Assembly (NCBI RefSeq): GCF_001194135.2
Contig: NC_068983.1
Location: 155,789,385 to 155,827,817, forward strand
Direction: 5' to 3'
Length of the DNA: 38,433 nucleotides
Source of the DNA: Octopus bimaculoides
Lineage: Eukaryota
Part shown: positions 1 to 10,842 of the stretch, one piece after another
Position numbering within the stretch: the stretch's first letter is position 1
Layout: each line of letters starts with the position of its first letter
Position numbers and translations under genes: made by a program
Notes under the pieces: generated by a model
What the model saw: the letters and a program-made list of their open reading frames with translations, nothing else
Told to the model about the DNA's origin: nothing
The model's database searches: none

Positions 1-35
<35 letters not shown>
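1..35. repeat. (AT)n microsatellite
   Basis: Pure AT dinucleotide run at window start. Confidence 0.95.
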
Positions 36-37
<2 letters not shown>

Positions 38-38
<1 letters not shown>

Positions 39-168
39 TTGTGTCTGGGGAGAGTCATTCTCTTTTATTTTTTAGCGCCTTATAATTTAACACACTCACC
101 GGTAAAATTTTATCGGTCAGTGTGTTAAATTATGAAGCATTAAAAGAGAATGACTCAACAGACACAAC
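38..168. repeat. Spacer-less imperfect palindrome (~131 bp), possible MITE/foldback element
   Basis: Left arm gttgtgtctg..gagtcattctctttt..ataatttaacacact.accggtaaaa; right arm ttttatcggt.agtgtgttaaattat..aaaagagaatgactc..cagacacaac; centre aaaa|tttt at 107/108. Confidence 0.85.
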
Positions 169-828
169 AGAATATGCTTCAACACACGAACTTACATAAA
201 GAATCTTGCAAACCAAATTCAAAAACGAAATATATCTATATATATACACCTCAAGTATGTATGTTTCTATCTATGTAGCATGTATGAAGAGACACATGTT
301 TTATTGTTAGGATAGATAATTATTGAAATCGCTGCAGGAAGAAAAGCATTGGACCACCCAGATACTGTACTCAGTGGAATCCATAGCCACCCAATATTGT
401 TTAGTTGCTCTTTCATAGCACTTTAAATAAATGCAGATAAGTCACACTGGATGGCCCGTGTACAGAGTGTAGAAGTATCATATCTTTACCTCTCCTTGCT
501 CGCTGTATATAATACAGTATAGCACTATTAACGGAAAATATAGACTGAGTCGACCAGGGTCCGATTAATCAAAGATCTGGCTTCCCTAATTTATAGCGGT
601 AAAAAGTTTCACTAGAATGTAATGAAACGGACCTGCATCTAGTCAGGTGAAATATCAGAATATTACAAAATAGAAGAAATTCTGATCGACCAGCGCACTG
701 CATTTTAGAAAGATACAACATCCATATTGTGGCTCTTAATTCAGACAAACAGCGTTGTGCTATGAGGCATATATGTTTTGGAAGTGGGAATAAATACACG
801 ATGTGCATCGGAGGATAACTAAATTTAT

Positions 829-831
829 ACA

Positions 832-915
<84 letters not shown>

Positions 916-918
916 CAC
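829..918. repeat. (CA)n microsatellite
   Basis: Near-pure CA run; explains ORFs 569..967 and 803..985. Confidence 0.95.
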
Positions 919-1199
919 AAACATAGAAAATATTTGCGAACATATTATTGACTGTGTTATTATCCATACTAAGTATGTCCTTTGATTAATTATATATGTC
1001 AGATCTTTTAAGTCCGTTTAGCTGGTTACAGTCTAGTAAGAAATAAGATTATGCTGTTGGACATGCTTGACTCTGTTACTTTTACTGGTGTTTCCCACTA
1101 TTTCATCGATATCTCTGAAATGAGTATCGACCAGGAACTGGAATAGTGGGAAATATACACAAAAGAACATGAAATATATGTGTATGATGGTCTTTGTTT

Positions 1200-1600
1200 C
1201 GCACCACAGTGCTCAGAATAAACGTGTCTAGTAAACTAAAAAGGAAACACCAAGACTGATTTGATTGTGGGCATAACAAGTCTCACTGCGAGAGCAACGC
1301 AGACGAGTTCGTTAGGATTACTAGAAACAAATCCTGGTTGTCACTTGGAAATAGGTCAGCAACACCGTAATCCTATTAAAAGCAAAGAACTTTAACACGG
1401 AGAATACAATCGTACAGATAAACTTTCACTGGTTCTGGCACGTCCGAAGATAAAGAAAACTTGGTTACAAAGACAAATTGTCTACTCAGAGGCGGTTAGT
1501 GGTACAAGGAGCTTAGTATACACTGAATATCATAATAGACTATCTTCAAGCTCTGCCAGATACAGCTGCACCATAAACATTTCCATAATCTTCAATGAAA
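1200..1600 (+). mobile_element. Possible heavily decayed LINE (L2/CR1 group) ORF2 3' remnant
   Basis: Fragments WLSLGNR and LVLARPKIKKTWLQRQIVYSEA loosely resemble the L2/CR1 C-terminal pattern WLSLENRR...L.LPRP.T..LKRSF.Y.GA; several frameshifts are needed. Confidence 0.3.
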
Positions 1601-1803
1601 CTAATACTCACTGCGTAGCATTGAAACCTCTAACAACTACCATAAATATTTTCTTAAAGAAATGTATTGAGTTCTTTTTCATTCATAAGTTTTTTTCTCT
1701 TTTTCTCTCCCATTTCAGCTCTCTCTCTCACACACTCACATTCACAAAGACGCACACGCATACACTGTCACACATAGACACACACACACACATGGGTATA
1801 TTA

Positions 1804-2006
1804 TATTCTGTTCTACTCTAGAAAAGAACAAGGCCCGAAATTTTAGGGGAGGGGGCCAGTCGATTAGATCGACATCAGTACACAACTAGTACTTAATTTA
1901 TCGACCCGAAAGGAAGAAAGGCAAGGTGGACCTCGGTGGAATCTGAACTCAGAACTTAAAGAGACAAAATACTGCTAAGCATTTCGCCCGGCGTGCTAAC
2001 GTTTCT
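1804..2006 (-). mobile_element. tRNA-derived SINE, right (3') monomer of a dimer; tRNA head 5'-truncated
   Basis: Minus strand reads agaaacgttagcacgccgggcgaaatgcttagc..ctgagttcagattcc (B box), central ccttgcctttcttcctttcgggtcgataaattaagtac, tail aaaatttcgggccttg; abuts the next monomer directly. Confidence 0.85.
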
Positions 2007-2240
2007 TATTTCTTTACTACCCACAAGGGACTACACACAGAGGGGACAAACAAGGTCAGGCAAAGGGATTAAGTCGATAATATCGACCCCAATGCCTAAC
2101 TGGTACTTATTTAATCGACCCCGAAAGGATGAAAGGTATAGTCGACATCGGCGGAATTAGAATTCAGAACGTTGCTGCAGACGAAATGCCGCTAAGCATT
2201 TCACCCGATGTGCTAACGTTTCTGCCAGCACGCCGCCTTA
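2007..2240 (-). mobile_element. tRNA-derived SINE, left (5') monomer of a dimer
   Basis: Minus strand starts taaggcggcgtgctggcagaaacgttagc (A-box like), degenerate B box, same central cctttcatcctttcggggtcgattaaataagtaccag domain, different tail ending gtgggtagtaaagaaata. Confidence 0.85.
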
Positions 2241-2317
2241 CGGGTATATTATATTATATTATATTATATATGTATATATACGCACATGTAGTATTCATAC
2301 ATAGATATATATACAAA

Positions 2318-2523
2318 CATTGGTTTCAATTTTTGGCACAAGGCCAGAAATTTTGGTTAAGCGGGTAAGTCGATTACATCGACCGCAGTGTTTATTTTAT
2401 CGACTCTGAATGGATGATAGGCAAGTGGACCTCAGCAGAATTTGAACTCAGAAGGTAAAGACGAGTGAAATGTGGCCATGCATTTTGTCTGGCATGCTAA
2501 CGTTTCTACCAGTTCGCTACCTT
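2318..2523 (-). mobile_element. tRNA-derived SINE, same family, more diverged monomer
   Basis: Minus strand: ggtagcgaactggtagaaacgttagc..ctgagttcaaattct..gcctatcatccattcagagtcgataaaa..ggccttgtgccaaaaattgaaacc. Confidence 0.8.
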
Positions 2524-3029
2524 GTGTATATGCAAATGTTATATTCTAATAAGATACCATTCCTGAGATTGTCATCTCAAAGTCAGTGTCATATTCTAGT
2601 TAAATAGATTGAGTGATTCTTGAAAGAATGTTTGGCGCGTTTTATATATAACTATAATTAACAAAATGCATTAACATATATATAGATATATACATACATA
2701 CATACATATACATATATATATATANNNNNNNNNNNNNNNNNNNNNNNNNNNNNNNNNNNNNNNNNNNNNNNNNNNNNNNNNNNNNNNNNNNNNNNNNNNN
2801 NNNNNNNNNNNNNNNNNNNNNNNNNNNNNNNNNNNNNNNNNNNNNNNNNNNNNNNNNNNNNNNNNNNNNNNNNNNNNNNNNNNNNNNNNNNNNNNNNNNN
2901 NNNNNNNNNNNNNNNNNNNNNNNNNNNNNNNNNNNNNNNNNNNNNNNNNNNNNNNNNNNNNNNNNNNNNNNNNNNNNNNNNNNNNNNNNNNNNNNNNNNN
3001 NNNNNNNNNNNNNNNNNNNNNATATATTA

Positions 3030-3200
3030 TGATTGACCGTTGACTGAACACTATTCAATTTTTTTTCTCCGTGTTTTTCTCCTTGTCTCCGTATTCTTTC
3101 TGTTGAAGAGCGTAGCTCGAAACGTCAAAGACTTTCCGTATTCCCGAGCGTCATACTAATATATACTTTTGTTATTTACACCACCTGTCCTCGTCTGTTG
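3030..3200 (+). mobile_element. Probable Penelope-like pseudo-LTR fragment
   Basis: Contains a minimal hammerhead-like motif (3095-3131) in pyrimidine-rich context. The PLE assignment is inferred from the motif type. Confidence 0.4.
3095..3131 (+). ncRNA. Minimal type-I hammerhead ribozyme candidate, core variant CUGUUGA
   Basis: tcttt-CTGTTGA-a-GAG-cgtag-CTC-GAAA-C-GTC-aaaga: stem I tcttt/aaaga, stem II GAG/CTC, self-complementary ACGU helix III, GUC site ending 3126. Confidence 0.55.
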
Positions 3201-3225
3201 TTATTTTTTGTATATTCTCCCATAT

Positions 3226-3259
<34 letters not shown>

Positions 3260-4269
3260 ATATAAATCATGTCTACATCTGTTTTGAGCAAGCGCCTGGT
3301 GATCGAACGCGGAGCGGTACTCTCTGTGGGGGTCTTGCAGTGGAAAGCAATTTATTCCTAATGGATTGTGTTAAAGACACATGTTACAAAATGCATCAGT
3401 GCACCTTCAGACATCGGTGTTTCGCTTCCTGACTGCGATCAAATGATGTATCCGTCATTTTCGTTATCGCTTTTAGTCGATAGCATATTAGAGTTACACA
3501 AAAGATTTCACTGTATATATAACATTTTGTTTATTTTCGGATACAATTATAGTACTAAATTTATTTTAATGATATGTTCAAAATATATTGGCATACAAGC
3601 ACTAATCTATCAAGAAATCGTTACCTAATAGGCAAAATAAATACATAAATAAACGAATAAATAAACAAACTTATAATGATCCATCATATGATAGTTTATT
3701 TCAGTTAGAAGTCATTATCGAGGTAAGATAAGAAGAAAGCATTTGCTACATTTCTGAACAGAAATAAACAAATAATCTTTTTCTTTAATATAATTTATTA
3801 TTTAAATTACTGAATAGAAAATATAAAAAAGAACGTAAATTCAGTTACTGGATGATATGAATATCGCTTTCTACTTTCCAGCTTTGCGCTGATAGATGTC
3901 ATGTTCTCTGCCATTTTGTTATAAATAACTTATGGAATTCTTATAGAATTAAATTAAATTGAATTAAATTAAATTAAGTTAAATGTATTGTCATTGTGTA
4001 TTTTACAAGACATGATGTATGGCTTACAATAGATCAGATAGGAAAATTGTATAAGAAACCATACAGAATATAAATTAATAATTTTCGTTCTTACAAAAAA
4101 GTTTCGTCTTACGACTGTAAATAGAGTTTATGTTAAAAAGTAAATTCGCTGCAACCATTGGCTGAAATTATTTAACTCGGCGGGTGAGAGTATGTAATGA
4201 GTATGCGTGTGTGTGGACGAATTATGATTATAAAACTACTTTTCTTGTCTGTGACCATTCAAAAATTGT

Positions 4270-4283
4270 GTCATATATATATA

Positions 4284-4339
<56 letters not shown>
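4270..4339. repeat. (AT)n microsatellite followed by (GT)n
   Basis: Direct inspection. Confidence 0.9.
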
Positions 4340-4342
<3 letters not shown>

Positions 4343-4458
4343 GTGTGTGTGTATGTGTGTGTGTGTATACATGTACTCACTTCACTTATATATGTGTAGA
4401 AAACACGTAATTTTGCGCCTTCCGATCAGGTGTCGTAGGGGAGACAGTTTATTCAAAA

Positions 4459-4679
4459 TTAACCCTTTAAGGCCATAGCCAGCCCCAAATATTCTGCCCG
4501 TTTTATGTTCAAACTTGACCATATCTAGCCACTCACACCTACTCTACAATGTCATTCTAAAAATAAACGACCACATCATTGAAGTCTCAAAGCTCATGAG
4601 ATAATATATGATTAATTCAAACGGATATGAATAAATAAGGATTACATTTGACGGAATAATCTGAATGTTGAAGGATTAA
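4459..4679. mobile_element. piggyBac-like MITE (TTAA-flanked)
   Basis: TTAA-CCCTTT at 4459-4468 and degenerate inverted end aatgttgaagga-TTAA at 4664-4679; ~215 bp non-coding interior. Confidence 0.65.
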
Positions 4680-5913
4680 GTTAATGTGAGATTGAATCGC
4701 AAATCGAAGAGAGATGCCGAATATTCAATATATTTTACACAATATAAAGACCTTTAAAAAGTCGGTCATTCGTAAGCATATATAGCTACATTTACACTCA
4801 CACACACATACACATACCCTATTCTATAACTTGCGCATATATATGTAAATGTGTACACACACACTTGCACATGCAGACATACACACATATCTATACTAAA
4901 TATAGTTATGGTGATGCAAACAGGAAAATAGAACTCACATCATAAGTATGTATGTACGTGTTGCATTAATAATTGCTAGACGCCTAGAGTGACTTAAGGG
5001 CCGAAAGCTTATATATATATATATATATATATATNNNNNNNNNNNNNNNNNNNNNNNNNNNNNNNNNNNNNNNNNNNNNNNNNNNNNNNNNNNNNNNNNN
5101 NNNNNNNNNNNNNNNNNNNNNNNNNNNNNNNNNNNNNNNNNNNNNNNNNNNNNNNNNNNNNNNNNNNNNNNNNNNNNNNNNNNNNNNNNNNNNNNNNNNN
5201 NNNNNNNNNNNNNNNNNNNNNNNNNNNNNNNNNNNNNNNNNNNNNNNNNNNNNNNNNNNNNNNNNNNNNNNNNNNNNNNNNNNNNNNNNNNNNNNNNNNN
5301 NNNNNNNNNNNNNNNNNNNNNNNNNNNNNNNNNNNNNNNNNNNNNNNNNNNNNNNNNNNNNNNNNNNNNNNNNNNNNNNNNNNNNNNNNNNNNNNNNNNN
5401 NNNNNNNNNNNNNNNNNNNNNNNNNNNNNNNNNNNNNNNNNNNNNNNNNNNNNNNNNNNNNNNNNNNNNNNNNNNNNNNNNNNNNNNNNNNNNNNNNNNN
5501 NNNNNNNNNNNNNNNNNNNNNNNNNNNNNNNNNNNNNNNNNNNNNNNNNNNNNNNNNNNNNNNNNNNNNNNNNNNNNNNNNNNNNNNNNNNNNNNNNNNN
5601 NNNNNNNNNNNNNNNNNNNNNNNNNNNNNNNNNNNNNNNNNNNNNNNNNNNNNNNNNNNNNNNNNNNNNNNNNNNNNNNNNNNNNNNNNNNNNNNNNNNN
5701 NNNNNNNNNNNNNNNNNNNNNNNNNNNNNNNNNNNNNNNNNNNNNNNNNNNNNNNNNNNNNNNNNNNNNNNNNNNNNNNNNNNNNNNNNNNNNNNNNNNN
5801 NNNNNNNNNNNNNNNNNNNNNNNNNNNNNNNNNNNNNNNNNNNNNNNNNNNNNNNNNNNNNNNNNNNNNNNNNNNNNNNNNNNNNNNNNNNNNNNNNNNN
5901 NNNNNNNNNNNNT

Positions 5914-6159
5914 ATATCCCAGATCAAAATTCTGAAATACATAAAAATAGCATGCAGCGACCACTTCGACATTTACTCCAATAACAAACAACCCAGCTTC
6001 AGAATATTTCCCCGCTATAAATTCACGTACGATGCGACCTGTAGTCAGCTCATTAACAAAGAGTCATATTTTATCACAAAATATAAACCCACTTTGAATG
6101 TGTCCACCACAAATGACACTACTACAAGCCTTGGAATAATACTCACGCAAACATTATAA
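5914..6159 (+). mobile_element. Penelope-like element ORF 3' end (GIY-YIG endonuclease C-terminus)
   Basis: Open frame ISQIKILKYIKIACSDHFDIYSNNKQPSFRIFPRYKF..LINKESYFITKYKPTLN..stop 6157-6159. The E..FI..YKP.LN ending and the upstream .SEHF motif are typical of PLE GIY-YIG domains. The 5' part is hidden in the N gap. Confidence 0.7.
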
Positions 6160-6315
6160 ACGATATATTCAGAACAGTCACTACCCATGAATTTATTTTG
6201 AACAATCCCAATCGCTACTATTACAACAACAGGTCACTTTTAGGTCACTTGACCGTTTAAGAGGATTCCACCAACATCCTACTAGTCATATCACTCGTAT
6301 TTTTATCATTTTTGT

Positions 6316-6422
6316 CTTCTTCTTCTTCTTCTTCTTCTTCTTCTTCTTCTTCTTCTTCTTCTTCTTCTTCTTCTTCTTCTTCTTCTTCTTCTTCTTCTTC
6401 TTCTTCTTCTTCTTCTTCTTCT
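6316..6422. repeat. (CTT)n microsatellite running into gap
   Basis: Pure CTT run. Confidence 0.95.
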
Positions 6423-7016
6423 NNNNNNNNNNNNNNNNNNNNNNNNNNNNNNNNNNNNNNNNNNNNNNNNNNNNNNNNNNNNNNNNNNNNNNNNNNNNNN
6501 NNNNNNNNNNNNNNNNNNNNNNNNNNNNNNNNNNNNNNNNNNNNNNNNNNNNNNNNNNNNNNNNNNNNNNNNNNNNNNNNNNNNNNNNNNNNNNNNNNNN
6601 NNNNNNNNNNNNNNNNNNNNNNNNNNNNNNNNNNNNNNNNNNNNNNNNNNNNNNNNNNNNNNNNNNNNNNNNNNNNNNNNNNNNNNNNNNNNNNNNNNNN
6701 NNNNNNNNNNNNNNNNNNNNNNNNNNNNNNNNNNNNNNNNNNNNNNNNNNNNNNNNNNNNNNNNNNNNNNNNNNNNNNNNNNNNNNNNNNNNNNNNNNNN
6801 NNNNNNNNNNNNNNNNNNNNNNNNNNNNNNNNNNNNNNNNNNNNNNNNNNNNNNNNNNNNNNNNNNNNNNNNNNNNNNNNNNNNNNNNNNNNNNNNNNNN
6901 NNNNNNNNNNNNNNNNNNNNNNNNNNNNNNNNNNNNNNNNNNNNNNNNNNNNNNNNNNNNNNNNNNNNNNNNNNNNNNNNNNNNNNNNNNNNNNNNNNNN
7001 NNNNNNNNNNNNNNNN

Positions 7017-7165
<149 letters not shown>

Positions 7166-7199
7166 TGTATACATCTTTCAAGATATGATCCGATTTGAA

Positions 7200-8720
7200 T
7201 GCAATAAAATTTTAAGAAACGAGCTATCTTTCGTGGAGTTAGACAGTAAGTCAGTGATCTTGGACATGAACAGCAGCAATAGGGCTGCCTTCAAACAGTG
7301 GTGAGTTATGCACAGACAAGCGGAGGACGGCTACCCTTGCTTCAGTTATCCAGAAGTAGTGAACTGGGACTATATTTTGGATGCATGGCGGGACTGTTTA
7401 GGGATAGGCATAAGAAAAAAGTGTCTCAAGTCGCTCACATTTTGCCGCTATCTGGTAGATACCGAATAGATGTCTCTGATATGCCAGTTTTGATAGGAAG
7501 CAACCACAGTGAGAATTATGGATTATATTTTGATAGAGTATCTATTTAGCTAGCAAGGAGAAGTAGTGGATGATGCGTACAATTGAAAGTGTTCTTGTGG
7601 GATTCATTGAGTAGATCACAAACTTACAATCTGCTGAGTCAACTTAAATAGAACCCATAGACAGGGACGTGGTTAGTGGAAGCTGAAAATGATCTTATTG
7701 TTGCGCAAATGCTATAAACCGGATCAAGGAGTTAGTTAAAAGGCAGATCACAAGAGCAATTATCAACAATCTGTGAAGAGAACGATTGGATAGGAATAAA
7801 TAGCTTCTAACAAGAAATTGGCCATAGAGAGATTGGGAAGGGAATTAGCTCATTATCCAGAAGAAACGATTATCAAAGACATTTTAACAGACGTGCAAGC
7901 GGCAGAAATGACCCATAACCATTTCTCCTACATAAAACACGGGGAGGGCTATGTTGACAGAGCTAAGATACATGCTGTAAAATACGAGGGAACAAAACAC
8001 TCTACAATGTGTCCCATAGGTGATGGCGCGAATCGCAACAGAACATCAATCTGGTTTTTGACAGATAGAAGTGGGCACGTGCCACTCAACTCCGAACGGA
8101 TGTGTGTGGTCTTCCATAACAACTTGCTAAACTATTCGGAGAAAAATAAAAATGGAACTGAGATAGCAGTGGGCTATAATGCTGCCTCGGCGGCCGGGAA
8201 GGTGTGCTGCAAGAAGCTAATATCAGCAGTTGAAATAAGAAAGGTGTTGAGATGTTACCAAAGCAAAATTCCCATACTTTGGGTGGTCTACCTTCGAGAT
8301 CTTTATGAGTTCATATCAAACATATTTAATGACCTTTCGGCAGACGTCTACCATATAACGGGAGAATAGCTAGGACTGTGAAACAGGGAGCAATAATGTT
8401 ACTGGTAAAAACGCCACCAAAGGGAATGTTGTAGGCAATTTTCAGGCCATAACTATGCTTGTCTCTTGTGTGACTCGGGAAGTGCAAATGTGCCGGATCC
8501 CAAACAGGCCCATCTATGATAAGGTCCATGTTGTGTGATACATCATAGAGAATGTTGACAACAAAGTTGGATCCCCGATAAATTTCGTTCAACCGAAAGC
8601 TTTTCATATGTTCGACCGCCTTTACGTAGAAGTTGCCTGAAAGTCTAGATTGCTGCAATGCACCGCGGCACCTGTCTCACAATTGACACTAGAAGTCCTC
8701 TAGAATGTAAAGGAGCACAC
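7200..8720 (+). mobile_element. Decayed L1/Tx1-type LINE ORF2, APE endonuclease to N-terminal RT
   Basis: Frameshifted motifs in the expected order: KSVILDMNSS..AF, VVSYA, VVNWDYILDA (GDWNAILD), YFDRVS, DHKL, LYEFISNIFNDL, NGRIARTVKQGAIMLLVK, GNFQAITML (NFRPITLL), IPNRPIYDKVH, INFVQPKAFHMFDR (LDQSKAFDRVDH). Confidence 0.85.
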
Positions 8721-8725
8721 CGTCA

Positions 8726-9149
8726 TTATCATCATCATCATCATCATCATCATCAGCATCATCATCATCATCTTTTCATAATATTTCATACTGCCTATAT
8801 TTATATTTAATTTTTTGTTTTAGTTTGATTTAATATTCTATTCCTGTGTAAACCTCTATGTATTATATTTGCCTTTGCGCCCTCTCCCTCAACCGTCGTC
8901 CTTTCGACTAGTAAAATAAATCATCATCATCATCAAAGTCATCATCATCATCACCATCATCATCACCACCACCTCCACCACCATCACCACCACCATCATC
9001 ATCATCATCATCATCATTGTTATTACTACCATCCGTATTATCATTGTTGTTGTTGCTATGATTGTCTTAGTCGTGATAGAGGTAGTGGTTGCAGTGGAGG
9101 TGGTGATGGTGGCGGCGGCGGCAGCGGCAACGACATTAGTAGTAGTAGT

Positions 9150-9204
<55 letters not shown>

Positions 9205-9240
9205 TCAATATTTATAATGATGGCGACCATGAACATGATA
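8726..9240. repeat. Compound trinucleotide low-complexity tract (CAT/CAC then GGT/GTA/GCA)
   Basis: Direct inspection; source of the poly-M/V/T/A ORFs. Confidence 0.9.
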
Positions 9241-9449
9241 ATTTCCTAATTAGGCATGAAGCCTAGAGAAATGGCAACCGAGAAATGATAGAGATTTCTT
9301 TTCTCTTAAACTTGGTTTATTTCTTTTCTTATTTTTATAATTTATTTCACGTTGACGCATTTCTGGAAATTGAAGTGAAGCGTTCTGTGCTGCTTCACTT
9401 ATTTCGCTATTATCTCACATAGTCACTTCCATCATAGATGTAGTAGCTA

Positions 9450-10480
9450 TTAACTGCACCACCACTACCAGCACCACCACCACCACCGCCACCACCACTA
9501 CCACCACCACCATCAAATCACCACTACCACTACCACTACCGCTANNNNNNNNNNNNNNNNNNNNNNNNNNNNNNNNNNNNNNNNNNNNNNNNNNNNNNNN
9601 NNNNNNNNNNNNNNNNNNNNNNNNNNNNNNNNNNNNNNNNNNNNNNNNNNNNNNNNNNNNNNNNNNNNNNNNNNNNNNNNNNNNNNNNNNNNNNNNNNNN
9701 NNNNNNNNNNNNNNNNNNNNNNNNNNNNNNNNNNNNNNNNNNNNNNNNNNNNNNNNNNNNNNNNNNNNNNNNNNNNNNNNNNNNNNNNNNNNNNNNNNNN
9801 NNNNNNNNNNNNNNNNNNNNNNNNNNNNNNNNNNNNNNNNNNNNNNNNNNNNNNNNNNNNNNNNNNNNNNNNNNNNNNNNNNNNNNNNNNNNNNNNNNNN
9901 NNNNNNNNNNNNNNNNNNNNNNNNNNNNNNNNNNNNNNNNNNNNNNNNNNNNNNNNNNNNNNNNNNNNNNNNNNNNNNNNNNNNNNNNNNNNNNNNNNNN
10001 NNNNNNNNNNNNNNNNNNNNNNNNNNNNNNNNNNNNNNNNNNNNNNNNNNNNNNNNNNNNNNNNNNNNNNNNNNNNNNNNNNNNNNNNNNNNNNNNNNNN
10101 NNACCACCACCACCATTACCACTACTACCAATATTAACCACACCACTACCACAACCATCATTAGCGTTAAAACTACGACCACCACGTCAGCCATTATCAC
10201 CACCACTACCACCACCACCATCAAATCACCACTACCACTACCACTACCGCTAACAACACCACCACCACAACCATCAATATCATTATCACCACGACCGCTG
10301 CGACGTTCACTATCACTACCACTACTGCTACCACCACCACTAAAACAACACCATCAAAACCACTACCACCAACACCACCACCACCATGACCACCAGCTTT
10401 AACTTCTTTCTTTCCCTTGTTTACATTCTTCTTCTTTTCCCCTCTCCTTTTTTCCTCATCTTCCTCCCCTTCCTCTTCCC

Positions 10481-10532
<52 letters not shown>

Positions 10533-10571
10533 CACTACTACCACTACTACCACTTATTATTATTATCATTA

Positions 10572-10606
<35 letters not shown>

Positions 10607-10842
10607 GTTTTTTTATTAATATTATTATTATTATTATTATTATTATCATCACTATTTTATTATTATTATTATTATTATCATTAATATTATTATTATTAAT
10701 ATTATTATTATTATTATTATTATTTTCTTCATTCCCTTCTACTTCTTTTCCTACTCCCTCTCGTCATCCTCCTCATCCTCCTCCTTCTCATCCTACTCCT
10801 TCTCATCCTCATCCCCTCCCCGTCCTCCCCCCCTCCTCCTCC
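9450..10842. repeat. Compound CAC/CTA/ATT/CCT trinucleotide tracts interrupted by a gap
   Basis: (CAC)-rich 9450-10400, (CTA)n ~10481-10550, (ATT)n ~10555-10725, CT-rich to 10842. Confidence 0.9.

Noticed and set aside
480-800. Possible LINE RT remnant (IKDL..)
   Set aside because: Only one short motif; too weak to call.
7818-8369. 183-aa ORF as a novel protein
   Set aside because: It lies inside the decayed Tx1-type LINE; only its C-terminal part is in the true ORF2 frame.
8326-8658. 110-aa minus-strand ORF
   Set aside because: Antisense to the LINE RT motifs; no independent support.
9500-10260. Identical ~50-bp string accaccaccatcaaatcaccactaccactaccactaccgcta on both sides of a gap
   Set aside because: Most likely unmerged contig overlap or a collapsed tandem repeat; cannot be treated as biological.
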